NCBI RefSeq assembly: GCF_006345805.1
Contig: NC_043007.1
Span: forward strand, 53,816,001-53,880,000
From: Octopus sinensis
Lineage: Eukaryota
Reading direction: 5' to 3'
Length of the DNA stretch: 64,000 bases
The translations under genes were made by a program, and so were the position numbers. The notes beneath the pieces are model-generated. The model saw only the letters and a program-made list of their open reading frames with translations. It was not told where the DNA came from and did no database searches. Below are positions 50,482-63,430 of this stretch, piece by piece (within the stretch, counting starts at the first letter, position 1; each line of letters begins with the position of its first letter).

Positions 50482-53300
50482 ATCATCATCATCATCATTT
50501 AACGTCCGTTGTCCATGCTGGCAGGGGTTGAACTGTTTGACCAGAGCTGGCAAGCCGGAAGGCTGCACCAGACTCCAGTCTCTGATTTTGCATAGTTTCT
50601 ACAACTGGATGCCCTTCCTAATGCCAACTGCTTTGAGAGTGTGATTGGTGCTTTTACATGTCACTGGCATGGGTGCTATTTGCATGACACCAGTATCTGC
50701 CTTGACTGTGATTTTACTTGGCTTGATGGGTCTTCTTCACAAGTACAGTATAATGCCAAAGATCTCAGTCATTCATTATTGTCTCTGTGAGGCCCAACAC
50801 TCAAAAGGTGCTTTTCACATGCCACTGGCATCAGCCACCTTGCTTCCATGAGGCCCAATGCTTGAAAGGTGCTTTTTACATGCCATCAGCACAGGTGCCA
50901 GTTGTATGACACCAGCATTGGCCGTGACTGTGATTTCACTTGGCTTGACAGGTCATCTCAAGCAAAGCATATCACCAAAGGTCTCGGTCACTAGTCATTG
51001 CCTTTGTGAGGGCAAAAGTTTGAAGATCATGCTTCACCACCTTGTCTCATGTCTTCCCTCCACAGTTAAAGATCAGCACTTCTTTACACAGTTGTCCTTA
51101 TCCATACACATCACATGACCATAACAGCACAGTTGTCTCTCTTGCACACCACATCCGATGCCTCTTATAACCAACTTTTCTCTCAAGATGCTTACACTCT
51201 GTTCTACATGCACACTGACATTGCACATCCAGTGAAGCATGCTAGCTTCATTTGTTTCAAGCCTACACATATCCTTGGTTGTCACAGCCTATGTTTCACT
51301 GCCATGTAGCATAGCTGTTTGCAAACTGGCATCATGCAGTCTGCCTTTCACTCTGAACTTTGCCTAACCTATTCTTATTCTCACAGCTATGCTCTCGGAG
51401 GATCCACCTCCACTACTAACTTGGTCAACTAGATAACAGAAGCTATCTACTACTTCCTGCTTACCCAAAGTCCATCCTCTCCTCACCGTGGTGGGGACGC
51501 TGGCAACGGGTAGTGTTAGAGCTATGCCGTCGGGAACTTCGGTTCCTGGTAGGGCCACCCAAGGTGGATTGGTCTGACACCGAGTGGTATTAGGGCCACA
51601 ACCCGGCAGATGGGGCTCTGGTGAAAATCCTTGGAATGTCTGTTTCGGCAACCGGCGGCTCCTCAGTCGTTCTGTCCCTGTGTCTGCAGATAATCTGCAG
51701 CAAACAGGATGTATCTACATCCAGGATTGTTGGGGACTGCTTGTGAAATCCACATATTCCCACAAAACTTCTTCCTGTTGCCCGCCCGCCTCGCCTGTCG
51801 GCCACCTCTCCGACTTCGCCTGTCTCTGCAGCCCCTTCCATCTGTCCTTCTGCAACAGTATTTGTGGTAGTTTGGTCATGCATGTAGGCGTCCAGTGGGT
51901 GAACTGAGCCGTGATGTCCTTCTCCCAACTCCACTTCCCAACTGGCGGAAACACGTGGGTGGGCAGCTGAAGACCTGGGTTATGATGATCAAGGAGGACC
52001 TCTCCATGCTCACAGGACTGCAGGTGGTCGGCCTGCACTGATGGAACCATAACTGGCTCGCTATCTCCAGTGAACTGGTGCAGGACTGTCGTGCGTGGGC
52101 TGCCATGGTTCGAGATGCCTCGACAGTGGTAGAAGAAGCTGACTCAACCCGCCCAGGGTGAATGTTGCCACAAGAACAAGTAAAAAGTCTAGTTTACTCT
52201 GCTGACAGTTGATGGAGTTTATTTTCTGTACATTTTCAGTGTTTATTGTACCTGTGCATCTTTACACACAAACACTAGTTTCCCCATTAACCTTACTGTG
52301 ATATTGCTGCACCTCTTATATGTCCATAGCTTACACCAGATTTATCTTACAAGTTTCTTCCTATGCCTTTTTTTACAGATCAAGCAGGGCCGTCTACCTG
52401 AAGGAATTTGTGATTTGTCTGCCTTCCTACATACTAACACTTTGGTTTTTGCTAGGTCAATTCTAAGGCCTTTCGATTCTAGATCTTGCTTCCATACCTG
52501 AAACTTCTCTAGTTCAGGTAGTGATTCAGCTATAAGAGCTAGGTCATCAGCATAGAGAAACTCCCAGGGGCAGCCTGTTTTAAATTCTTCTGTTATTGCC
52601 TGGAGGACTATGATGAATAAGAGGGAGCTAAGGAGTGATCCTCGGTGAACCCCTACTTGTACCCTGAATTCTTTGCTGTACTCATTGCCACTCTTCACCT
52701 TACTAACAGTGTCCCTGTACATGGCTTGTACAGCTCTCACCAACCACTCATCTATCCCCAATTTTCACATTGACCACCAGATAAGGGGTTAAGGGACTTG
52801 GTCAAAGGCTTTCTCCAAGTCAAAAAAGCCAAGGTTTATCATTGGTTATGTATTTCTCCTGCAGCTGCCTTACCAGAAATAAAGCATCAGTGGTGCTTCA
52901 CCCTGGCACAAAACCAAACTGCATCTCATCTAAACAACTCTCTCCCTATTACTCTCTCCATAACTTTCATCACCTGATCCAACAATTTGATACCTCTATA
53001 ATTATTTCTATCTAAGGCATTACTTTTACCTTTGTAGCAGTTGACTATAGTAGGTTATCAGGTGGCTGGCTAGCTTCCTGAAGTTGGTGTTGCAGATCAA
53101 TAGATTATTCACATCACAGAACTCCAGTAGTCTTGTCTCCTCTTTGCTTTAGGAACCAATTCTATAGCTCCCATGGAAGATACTGGGCTTCTACCTGACA
53201 TGCCCATTGGAAACCCCAGCCATGAAGACAAGCTCATTGTCACTCATCTTTGAGGTTGCCTGCAGAAGAATATAATAAAAGTGGTGCTTTTGTTCATTTG
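50482..53300 (-). mobile_element. RTE LINE, internally deleted copy
   Basis: Tail and repeat units, RT (GVHRGSLLS, FLYADDL) and APE relic at about 53040-53300. Interrupted by a nested element. Confidence 0.85.
51459..52187 (+). mobile_element. Second RTE family (SR2/Expander-like), internally deleted, nested
   Basis: RTE-type 5' leader (gagctatgcc...ggtagggccacccaagg) and C-terminus FGHACRRP...GGQLKTW...QDCRAWAAMVRDA...STRPG*, ending ccacaagaacaagtaaaaag. Visibly GC-rich. Confidence 0.7.
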
Positions 53301-54599
53301 GTAGGCCCACTTATTGGGCATAGACAGAGATAATTGTTGTTATATTGTTCTGACTAGCCTGAGTCTGACTACATCTATGACCTTATCCACCCATTTCTCT
53401 ACAAGAAGTATGCCCACACCACCTAACACATCGCTGTTACCTTCCCAAAAGATTTTATGCTTATGTGTCTTGCCTGTGAGAAACCTGGCTGAAGCTCCTC
53501 TTTACCTTACTTCCGTCTAACATACCTCCGTCCAAGCATCTCAACACACTTCCATTCAAGCATTGCAACAATTTCACTAAACCTACATTTCAATATGCCT
53601 ACATTTGATAGTACCAACTCTGAGAACTGGGAAAGGGATGTGGGAGGGAACATGGGAAGGAGAGTTGTTATTCAGCACTTGAAAAGAAGGATTCAATGAT
53701 CGTTTGATAACAAACATGTCACATCAACCGTTCTCACTTTAACCTACCATCATTCAAACATGTTAAATTTGTTGCTCCTATTAGGAGTGAGTGTAATGTA
53801 AGCATTGTAAAAATAAGTGTTATGAGTGTTAGGTAAACAAATAATGAAGAGATAGAAAGGAAAAAGTGGAGTAAAGCAATGTCATATGATAGAGCTAGAA
53901 ATCTGGAATACAAAGCAGATGGTGAAGGAGGAATTAAAGAGAGAAGGTAAAACAGCCAATTGCTCTGGTTAAATCATTAAGTAAGAAGTATTCTTTTTAG
54001 TAATTGTTATGTCCTGCATTATAACAACATACTTTGTTATCTGCATGACTGGTCCGAACGGTGTACCTCACCGGCTGACTCCAGTTGTTGTGCCTGTCCA
54101 CTATTTATTTGTGGCGGAATAGCCCCCCTTCTCTCACTTCTGTCCTCCACAACAATAACAAAAATGGGTATAAGAAGTAGGATCAGGAGAATGAACAAAT
54201 AGAATGTTAAAAATGGAAGATGGGAAGTAGAGTGAGCCAAAGCTTTAAGCAAGGCCAATGTGAAGTGAGTAGAGAAAACAGTGGTAAAAGTAGCAATATA
54301 TGGGTTACGATATTATGGAAATAAAAAAAGAATGCATAAAAATAATATCAATAATGTCAATGAATGCAAAAAATACGAGGGAGAAAAATAATTAAGGAAC
54401 AATCACACAAAAAAATACACGGTGAATACTTTAAACACCTGAATGAGGAAGCAGTGTCAAAAAGAAACCCATTCATCATCATCATCATCATCATCGTTTA
54501 GCGCCCATTGAAATTTATAAAACAAAGCAAATACTCAATGAGACATAAATATATTATACAGTATTTACAAAACAGAAGCAACAACTATGGAAGAAAAAA

Positions 54600-54930
54600 G
54601 GCATACAGATATTGTAAAAAAACAAAGGAAATATCGAACATATGGCAATACAATGTGGAAAAATAGCACACAGAAAATATAAAGTGAGACACGATGAGAT
54701 AACCACGATAATCTTTGCAAACCTACTACAGCGATATAACATACCAAAAATAAAAACCCAGAAAATCAGAAACGTGCAAACAGAAAAGGTAATAACAAGT
54801 GAAAAGGTTAAGATTTTAGTAGATAGCTCAGTAATAACACCAAACCATATACAAAAGAAACAATAAACCTGATATTACAATATCATGAAAGAAAGAAGAA
54901 ACTAATAATCAAAATTGGAATAACATCTGT
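54600..54930 (+). mobile_element. R4/Dong-like non-LTR C-terminal relic (zinc finger + RLE)
   Basis: RYCKK...IEHMAIQC...YKVRHDE followed by PDITI...KLIIKIGIT. Frameshifted. Confidence 0.5.
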
Positions 54931-55419
54931 CCATGGGTGGAATTTACCATGGTGAAATTTACCTGGTGGAATTTCTGTAGTGAAATTTACTGAGGTGGAA
55001 TTTACCTAGAACTGGACTACACTGCAGGCAATCTTGTGAAAGTGGTAGTGTGGAAGGCAGAATCAAAGAAATCAGTTTACAAAGCCTGTAAATTAATGGT
55101 CCCTTAGTTGAAGATGAGATACTTTTTAGTGTGTTAGATTTCATTTAAGCCATAGTGTTGGATAAAATAATGAACTGAAGATTGACTGGATGGATTGCAG
55201 TGACAGGCAGTAGGATAACTTGGGCAGAGTTATAGATATAGTGATATTCTTGAGAAAGATCACTCAAATAGCAACTTGTGTAAAGTGCATTGAGAATTTT
55301 CAAGTTATGCAATATATTGGGTTGGAAGAAATGCAACCACTCACCATCTGTGTGGAGTACAAGTGCAGTTTGGTAGATAAAGAGACAAGTATGGTATCAA
55401 GGAGCAAGTGCAGGTTCTA

Positions 55420-58350
55420 GACTATGTGTAGCTTGAGAAAAAGGAATTTTTGACCAAAAGGTTATTTAATTTTTTTCTTTTTTGAATAATGAACATTTTA
55501 CAAAATTTTTTGAATTCATCTGAAGTAAACTGAGTTCCATTATCAGACATGATGGTATCAGAAATACCAAATCTGGTGAACAACTTGTGTAAAAAAGTTA
55601 ATGTAACCATGTATGTTGGCTTTTTACACTTATGTACTTCAGGCCACTTAGAAAAGCTGTCTACCGTGTAAAAAAATCTATGAATTTTTTTTATGGTGAA
55701 AATAATTGCTAGAGCCACTTTTTCAATTTGGCTGTACTTCTTTTCTGCTGGTAGCAGAGAATATAAGGCATGGGCCATGACCGTCATGTTACCATCTTCA
55801 TATTTATGTAGTGTTATTGCTCCAATACCATACTCACTGGCATCTGAAGCTACTACAATCTCCACTGCAGGATCAAAATGTGCTAAAGACAAATCTGACA
55901 ATATCTTTTTAATTTCACCAAATAACTTCTGAAAATTTTCCGACCAATTCCACTTTACATCTTTTTTTTAGTAGATTATTTAGTAGATTTTTTATTTTTA
56001 GTAGATTTATTTATTTGGTATATAAATTTGATAATAGTTTGCAAGTCCTAAAAAAGTTTGTAAGGTAGAAATATTTGTCAGAGGGGGCATATTTTTAATT
56101 GTATCTGCCCTCAACAGATCTGGTTGATGACCATTTTTATCAATAATTTGTTGTAAGTACTTGATATTAGGCAAGAAAAATTTGCATTTCTCCTCACTCA
56201 ATTTGAAATCATAATCTTTTATTTTTTTAAAAACACATTTTACATGCTCAACATGCTGATCATGGGATTCACTTTTAATTAATATATCATCCACGTAGGC
56301 CATCGTGAAACCACACTCTGAAGCAACACATCCATCACTTGTTGGAATATAACCAGGGCAACTTTTATGCCAAATGGGGGCCTGTTAAATTTGTACAGAC
56401 CTTTATGTGTATTAATCGTTAGAAGCTTAGTACATTCATCTGGCACTTGTATTTGTAAGTAAGCATCAGAAAGATCTAATTTCGAGAACAACTTACCACC
56501 ATTTAGTTTTGAGAAGATTTCCTCTGGGATAGATAATGGGTAGTTATACTGTCTTAAACATTCATTTAGTCCTGTCAAGAAATTTGCACATACATGAATT
56601 TTATTGTTCTTTTTTACATACACTTTTGGAGACACCCAATGTGAATAGTTGATCTTTTCAATCACTCCCATTTTTTCCAGTCTGTCTTATTCCTTATTCA
56701 CTTGTTCCAGTGCTGCAAATGGTACATTATGTTTGGGTTTGGAAACTGGTTATGAATTTACTTTTACCTGAAATTTGGTTTTAAATTTATTGCACCAACC
56801 CAACTTGTTTGAAAACACATCACTTTTAAAACCTTTTCACTTTTAAAACACATCACTTTTAAAACCTTTTCACTTTTAAAACCTTTTCACTTTTAAAAAA
56901 TTTTCTGACTCTGTATTTGAACTAGTGCATGACCCCATTATTATTTATGGGTAAGTCCCATAAGTTGAACAGTTCCATCCAGTCTGTTCCGAAAAGGTTG
57001 CCTATATTTTTTTATACACAAGCTTTTGCTTTTATAGTCTTACCACAAAATATAATGTTACAGATAATGTCGCCTTTGAAAATTAATTTAGTCCTTGAGA
57101 CACCACATGTGATCTTCAAGATTTTCTGAACTATAGGTTTCCTGATTGTTTTCCATGTGTTTACATTGATTAAAGTAATGTCACTATCTGTATCTGTTGT
57201 GTGGACATCCCCAGTTGATAAGTAGGCTAGTCCAATATGTATAAATAGTGGACATGATAGCTAGTTGTAGATGTGTCGAAAGAGTGAACCGGAGCAGTGA
57301 GTAGACTAGACGTCGAGTTCTGTTGAGTTGAGTCGGAAGTGAGAGTTCGGTAGTTGAGTAGAGGTATGTTATTGGTGAAGGCACGCCATCTGAGTGTGCG
57401 ATATAACAGTAGCTAACTGTAATTTTACATTTGTATTATTAATTTTTACATACACAAATTTCCTTTCAGTCACGTTTGTATCTCTTGTTGCTGATAAACT
57501 GTTTACATGATTTTTCTGCTGAACCTTTTTCTAGATTTTGTTTTTACAGTGATTTTTTTATGAAGCATTTTCGATTTTTATAAGGACAGTTGAATCTGAA
57601 ATGTAATTCTCCACATCCAAAACATGGTTTAATTTTCTGCTTGTCATTTTTTACTTCCGGCTTTAATTTGTTTTGTATCATACCTTAGGTTTATCATTCT
57701 CTGGCATTTCTCAGATATTTCTTGTAGTGTTAGCTTCTGATTCTGCTCTAATTTAGTCAGATTTTGGTTACAAATTTCCACATCTTTCTTTGCCGTTAAA
57801 TTTTGCATGAAAATTAAACACATCTGGTTCATTAATTTTAAATCTCTCCCATTCCCTATTAATAATTCCAGTGTATGTAATAAAATCTTTGTCGTCTTTT
57901 TTTTTGTAATATTCATGCATTGCCAACATGTATTAAATAAAGATCTTTTTGTGCTTAAAATCTTTGATAAAATATTCCCAGTTTGTTCAAAAGACTTCAC
58001 CTGGTCTACTTGGTAATATGCTGGTGCAAACTTTCTCAGCAAGAGTTGGGGGTTTTTGTCTTGCCAACTGGAGCATTCTTCTCTAAAAATTTCCTCATAC
58101 CTTCTAAAGTAAGCAGGAGAAGGGTATATGAACTAGATGTATTTTCTGTTTTCTTATGTATCAGTTGTATTAAAAGTTGCTGTTGCTTCTAAATTCCAAC
58201 AACTGCTGTTGTTGCTATTATTGCTGTTGTTTCTGTAATTCCAACAACTGTTGTTGTTGTTACTGTAATTGAATTACCAAAGCTAATAAACTTTCCATGT
58301 TCAAACAACAATCTGACCAGCATGAGCTTCGAATAATGTCGTTGCCAACA
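55420..58350 (-). mobile_element. Ty3/Gypsy element relic (K02A2.6-like, same family as 32514-35950)
   Basis: PBS-like TGGCAACGA (rc of about 58338-58346), gag (RSLFNTCWQC), RT (FSKLDLSDAYLQI, AYVDDILI), RNase H (VVASDASEYGIGA) and integrase (SDNGTQFTS). Confidence 0.85.
57195..57408. mobile_element. Solo LTR, 214 bp
   Basis: TGTTGT...ATAACA termini. 5-bp TSD GTATC/GTAGC with one mismatch. Inserted into the Gypsy protease codons. Confidence 0.75.
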
Positions 58351-59460
58351 CTGTCACCTGCCCTTGACAGTTCACACAGTTCTTATTTATTGAAATCTGT
58401 TAGTCCACTTTCAGTCACATGAGGGTGTTCAGGATCCTTCCACAAGATAGCATCTATGATTGGTTGGAAAGTATCCACATGGGAGGATAAAGAAAAGTAT
58501 TTACTTGATATTGAAGTCAGAATAGTTGTTGTAGAAGTCGTAGAGCTAGGGAAATTGTAAAAAGAAAGTGGAAAATTTGGTGTGTAAGAAGAAAATGGTG
58601 AAGAGACACAAATAAAAGTTGATGGAAGTGTTACTGATGGTGGTGGTGAATTTAATGAATTTTACAGGAAGGTGGAAATTATTAAGGAAGGCAAGGAAAA
58701 AGTATAGCCATTAAGTTCTCAGTGACCAGTGCTTTTCCTTCTCTTTTGCATGCCACACAATACATTAAAATATTTTTAAAAAACTAGTAATAAAAACTAT
58801 TAAAACTTCAATCGCAATGAAAAAATCATTGCGATATTAAACTTCTAATGGTCTTAGCTGTTTTCCAGCCTCTCTTAGAAATGCTATATGAAAGGAATAT
58901 ATTTGTCCAAATGGAATTTAAATTCAGCATTGAAGCTAATAAAGCTCTGTCAATTACTATCCCCTATCCCTTATATCTGAGGTGTAGCTACCCATAATGC
59001 ATATTAAAAAGTTAACCAAAAAGTTATCATCCTTTTTGCCTGCAGTCCTCACCCTATCAGTTCACATATTGAAACTCTCCACTTGATGAATGTTGTTGTG
59101 AAGCTGTTTTTCTAACCTTTGAAACCATTACATGTCACAAGGATACACAGAGTTGATGCTTTTCAAGTGGATTAGAAACACATTTTACCCTTTTATAGGA
59201 TACTAGTCAAACACTGTTAGTTTTTTTCTATAGTAGGAATTGAATTCAGTATTGTACACCATTAAATCACTATGGAACTACTATTGCTTACAGCAGGGAA
59301 TTATACCACTTGAAGTATATATATAGAACTTGGTGGATTCAACTTCTTGGTTGGTTGCTTAATACTCAATTGATTCTTGAAACTTTCTATGAAAACCGAT
59401 TTAAGTTTGAGAAATGTATTGTTTTTCTATTTCTGTTAAGTGATTTGTATTGTCTTTCAG

Positions 59461-59523
59461 GAACCTTTACCAACACCCTCAATACCACCATCTTATCCAG
59501 TTCCAAAGTGCCTTCAATATCCT
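59461..59523 (+). CDS. Probable galectin inter-CRD linker exon
   Basis: Acceptor tctttcag| and donor |gtaagt; 63 nt, phase 0/0. Encodes EPLPTPSIPPSYPVPKCLQYP and is in frame with exon C. The assignment to the galectin is inferred. Confidence 0.6.
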
Positions 59524-60349
59524 GTAAGTATTTTGTTAAAAAATTGTGATATTCAAAAATTAATATCATGTGAGTAATTTTATTATAAAAATAGTCAAGT
59601 GCCAAATATATTAAAGCACCTTACAGTGTTTAGTTTAATTTCTTAGCATCTTTAATTTAAATACTACTAAGATTATGTTTGCCTTTTGTCTCTCTAGGGC
59701 GTATACTTGAGTTGATTCAATTGACAATACCTAAGCACAACACATTTTTGGCCTTAATAAGAATCATTTTTTTCTGTTGAAAGGGAATAGAAATAATTCC
59801 AACAGTGTTAAAAATCTCAGTTCTCAGATTGAGTTTCTGATGAAGTTTCTTTTCCAAACTGACACCAATTGATCAGTCCCTTTGCTTATGTCAATTTAGA
59901 AAGACAGAAACGACACAATTTTATATTTCCCTGTCTAATTAAAAGAAATCCAGTGTCACTGAAGATGGCAGTGGATCTCTCTTCTGTTGCCATTCATTAT
60001 TTCCAGTCAGTGTAACAAAGGATGTAGTGGCACATATTCTGACCCAATCTCCATTACTCAGTTGTGCTGTTCATTGGCACAGGATCCACATACTTTCCAC
60101 TCACCCTGCACTATACTCATCACATGAGCTTTCTGCCCCTTTCTCATATCCTGCATATCAGTGGTTGCATTAGACCACTTGTACCCAATTTACTCTGTCT
60201 TCACCTTCTCATGTACTGTTTGTTATTACCCCATTTCACTCTGTCTGCAATATTCCCATGCATTCTAGACCTCTTTACTCACTCTATCTCCTGAATCACA
60301 TAGACTTCTGTCATCTCCTTATCATCTCAGTCACATTGCCTTGAATATA

Positions 60350-61663
60350 TGAGAGGTGTTCATTAAAGATTTCTCTTGACCCACTTCCCAAGGACTGGGA
60401 TAAACGAAACTTGGCATAATTATTAGTCCTTCTCTACATAGCCACTACCAATGGTGACACAATTCTCCCATCACTTTATGCAGCTGTGAAGACCTTATCT
60501 GTAGAAGTCAGTAAGTTGCATCTGGAACCAAAACCTCAGGAATATGTTCATCATCATCCAAAAAGTGCTTCCCCTTCAAAAAAGACTTTATATTTGGAAA
60601 GAAGTGGAAGTCAGATGGTGCGAGGTTGGGAGAGTAAGGAGGATGAAGAAGGATTTTCATATGCACATTGTGAACTGGAGCATTGGCTTGGAGGAGACGG
60701 ACTCCTTTGGTCAGCATGCCATGCTTCTCTACTTTGATGGCATCCTGCAATTTCTGCAGCAGAGAAGCATAATATGCCCTGTTAATTGTGGTGCCCTTTG
60801 CCAGCAAAGCTATCATGACTACTCTGTGTTGGTCCCAAAAGACTGAGCATTACCTTGCCTGCTATGGGTTGGACATGAGCCTTCTTTGGAGGTGGTGTGT
60901 TATCATGCTCAAGATCATAGTGATAGACCCATATTTCATCCTTTGTGATAAATCTGCTGAAAAGTCCTCAATTTCTTGGCACATTGTCAAAAGAGCCTAG
61001 GAGCAATTGACTCATTCCTCTTTCTGAAAAGGCATGAGCATCATGCAAACAACTTCCGCATATGTAAATGGTTGTGAATGATTTTTTTCCATTGACTCAA
61101 CACTTATCTTCACTTTTTGGCCTAGTTACTGAATAGTTATGCGGCAATCCTCCATTTTATGGATGTCATCAATGGCAGAATGTGGCCGTCCAGGAATAGG
61201 GGCAGTTTCCATCAATGTCCAACTACATTTGAACTGGCAATGCCAGTGCTTGACTACATCATATGATGGTGCATCATCACCATAAACTTCTTTCATCTAA
61301 TTGAAAGTCTCTTTTGGTGTATGACCCTTCAAGTATAAGAACCTGATCACTGATCTGCATTCAACTGCCTCCATTATAACACCTTAGTTCACTTCAGCAG
61401 CCGTAAAAGTCAAACGAATACTAGTGGAAAGCTGCAATTCATAATGTGACATGTAGAGATATAATAATAATAATAATGAAATTATTGTATACAGTGCTCC
61501 ACAACTTGTCAGAAAGTGCGTATAAAGTGTATGCAGTAATGTAGAAATGTCTGGAAAGCGAACAATGTATGAGTCAGATGTATGTATGATTATACTGTAC
61601 AAGATTCGTTTCCTGCAATAACTGGAAGCTGGTCAGGGGAAACCTTTAATGGACATCCCTTGT
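60350..61663 (-). mobile_element. Mariner relic, canonical length
   Basis: Degenerate TIRs (gagaggtgttcattaaag and rc of ctttaatggacatcccttg). Motifs TINRAYY..LL, LLQANAPVH and HPPYSPNLAPSDFHFF. Confidence 0.8.
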
Positions 61664-61829
61664 GCATACATATTTCAGAATAACTATTTCTATCACTCCA
61701 CTCTTTATCTCAGAGTATTTCTATCACTCACAGATATCTCTCTTCACTCTCATTTTTACCTCTATCACTTAAGCTTCTCACCTTGTGAGATAGTGGGGTT
61801 GTGAGATCTCTTTAGTAGTGTCAAGAACA

Positions 61830-62125
61830 TAGCCACATTTCTCATTTTAGTGTCACAAAAAACACACCTAGTACACTCTGTAAGGTAAAGTGAGTGAGAA
61901 CCTTTAAGTCTTGTTGAGAACATAAAATCTCTTTGGTGCTGATGTTATGGAAAAAGCACTAAGTGTACTCTGTAAACTGGCTAGTGTTTGGAAGGGCATC
62001 TAATCATATACAGACCAAGCCAAAATGAAATTCAAACAAGATAAGGTTCCTAAACTTAGGTTAGCTGTACCTCCGAACAAATGGTAACTCAAACTGTGGT
62101 GACCCATCTAACCCATACCAGCATG
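61830..62125 (+). mobile_element. Old degenerate RTE-tail/SINE-like fragment
   Basis: gtgtttggaagggcatct...aacccataccagcatg resembles the RTE tail at 25400-25520. Confidence 0.45.
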
Positions 62126-62177
62126 AGAAGCAGATGTAAACTGTTGATTATGGTGATACTACTGTTGCTGCTGGTTA

Positions 62178-62184
62178 TATATAC

Positions 62185-62215
<31 letters not shown>

Positions 62216-62300
62216 TGTATGTATGTATGTATGTATGTATGTATGTATGTATGTGTGTGTGTATGTATGCGCATTATATATGTATGCATGTGTGTGTGCT
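62178..62300. repeat. (TATG)n/(TG)n microsatellite
   Basis: Directly visible. Confidence 0.9.
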
Positions 62301-63239
62301 TGTGTGTAATACTGATAATCATGATTGTTAACTTCAGAGTACAGAAGATTGCATAATGTGTACAGTAACAAATCACTTCATGCATATCTCAAATATAAAT
62401 GTAAATAGAGGGGACTACTCATTGTGCAGTTGTATGTGTAAAATAACATTTCTTTAAGTATCACTGTATGAAGAAAGTTTGCACACTTATTTCAAAAGTA
62501 TGGAAAATACAAAGAACAATAACTGCTGGCTGGTTGGCAAAAAGTAATTGAATCAATTCACTTCTCAAATAAAGCTGAGTTAGTCATGTTATGATATGAA
62601 ATCAAGTGTGATAATTGCCCTAAGATACTTCAAACAGTATTTAAATCTGCTGTGCAACTTATTGCATCATACAGTTCCTTTTTACATATACATACATTCA
62701 AAATTCTTTCTTAGGCTTAAGTACAGAAGTAACTTATGGAGACTTATGCATGCAAACGTTGTTTACTTACAATATATCTTTTCTATTCTTTACAGAAAGT
62801 TCCATTGTCAGTATCTTTACCAAACACCTACAATAGGCATATATTAGTTACTGGCTATCCAAGCTCACAGTATCCTGAAAGGTATCATTTTCTTCTTTAT
62901 ATTCACATTGTATAAAGACTATATGGATGTATATTTATCACAGGTTCCATTCCATTTACTTTGAATGTACTCTATATCTTTATACGGCTGTCCTCCTTCA
63001 TATACATCACAAGTCCATATCAATACAGTTTTTTTCCATGCACAATTCTTATAACCAGCTCATTTGTGCTCTGCTGTCCATGCAAACATCCAGCAAAACA
63101 TTTTTGCTTCATTTCTTTCTAGCCAATGCAGTTCCTTTGCATTCAAGGTTCATGTTTTCCTACAGGCAGCATCACACTTTACATACAGGTATCATATAAT
63201 CAGCCCTTCACTCTAAAGGAGAAACCCTTTGTTGACAGT

Positions 63240-63430
63240 AGAGGTAATAACTTTCTTAACTTTTCCATATTCTTACTCTGGTTGCTTTACTCTCAGAACA
63301 CCCATTCGTACTGCTAATTTGGTCTCCTAGGTAACAGAAGCTATCAGCAATTTCTAGAGAGGAACCTAGGCATTCCATGGAGATTATTTTGCAAGTGCTC
63401 TTAATACTCATTGTCCTTGAGCAACTACTG
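63240..63430 (-). mobile_element. RTE fragment
   Basis: SLEIADSFCYLGDQISS matches LEVVDSFRYLGDQVSS in the intact copy. Confidence 0.6.

Noticed and set aside
54925-55010. Short ggtggaatttacc-type tandem repeat
   Set aside because: Only about five degenerate 14-bp units, with no associated structure.
56810-56900. cacttttaaaacctttt tandem repeat inside the Gypsy relic
   Set aside because: Looks like ordinary slippage.
58386-58661. 92-codon Ser/Thr/Pro-rich stop-free frame on the minus strand
   Set aside because: No ATG or convincing splice sites; low-complexity sequence next to a Gypsy 5' end.
62081-62385. ORFs over microsatellites (also 15198-15497, 20023-20283, 14072-14368)
   Set aside because: These frames stay open only because of simple repeats and show no protein-family signal.
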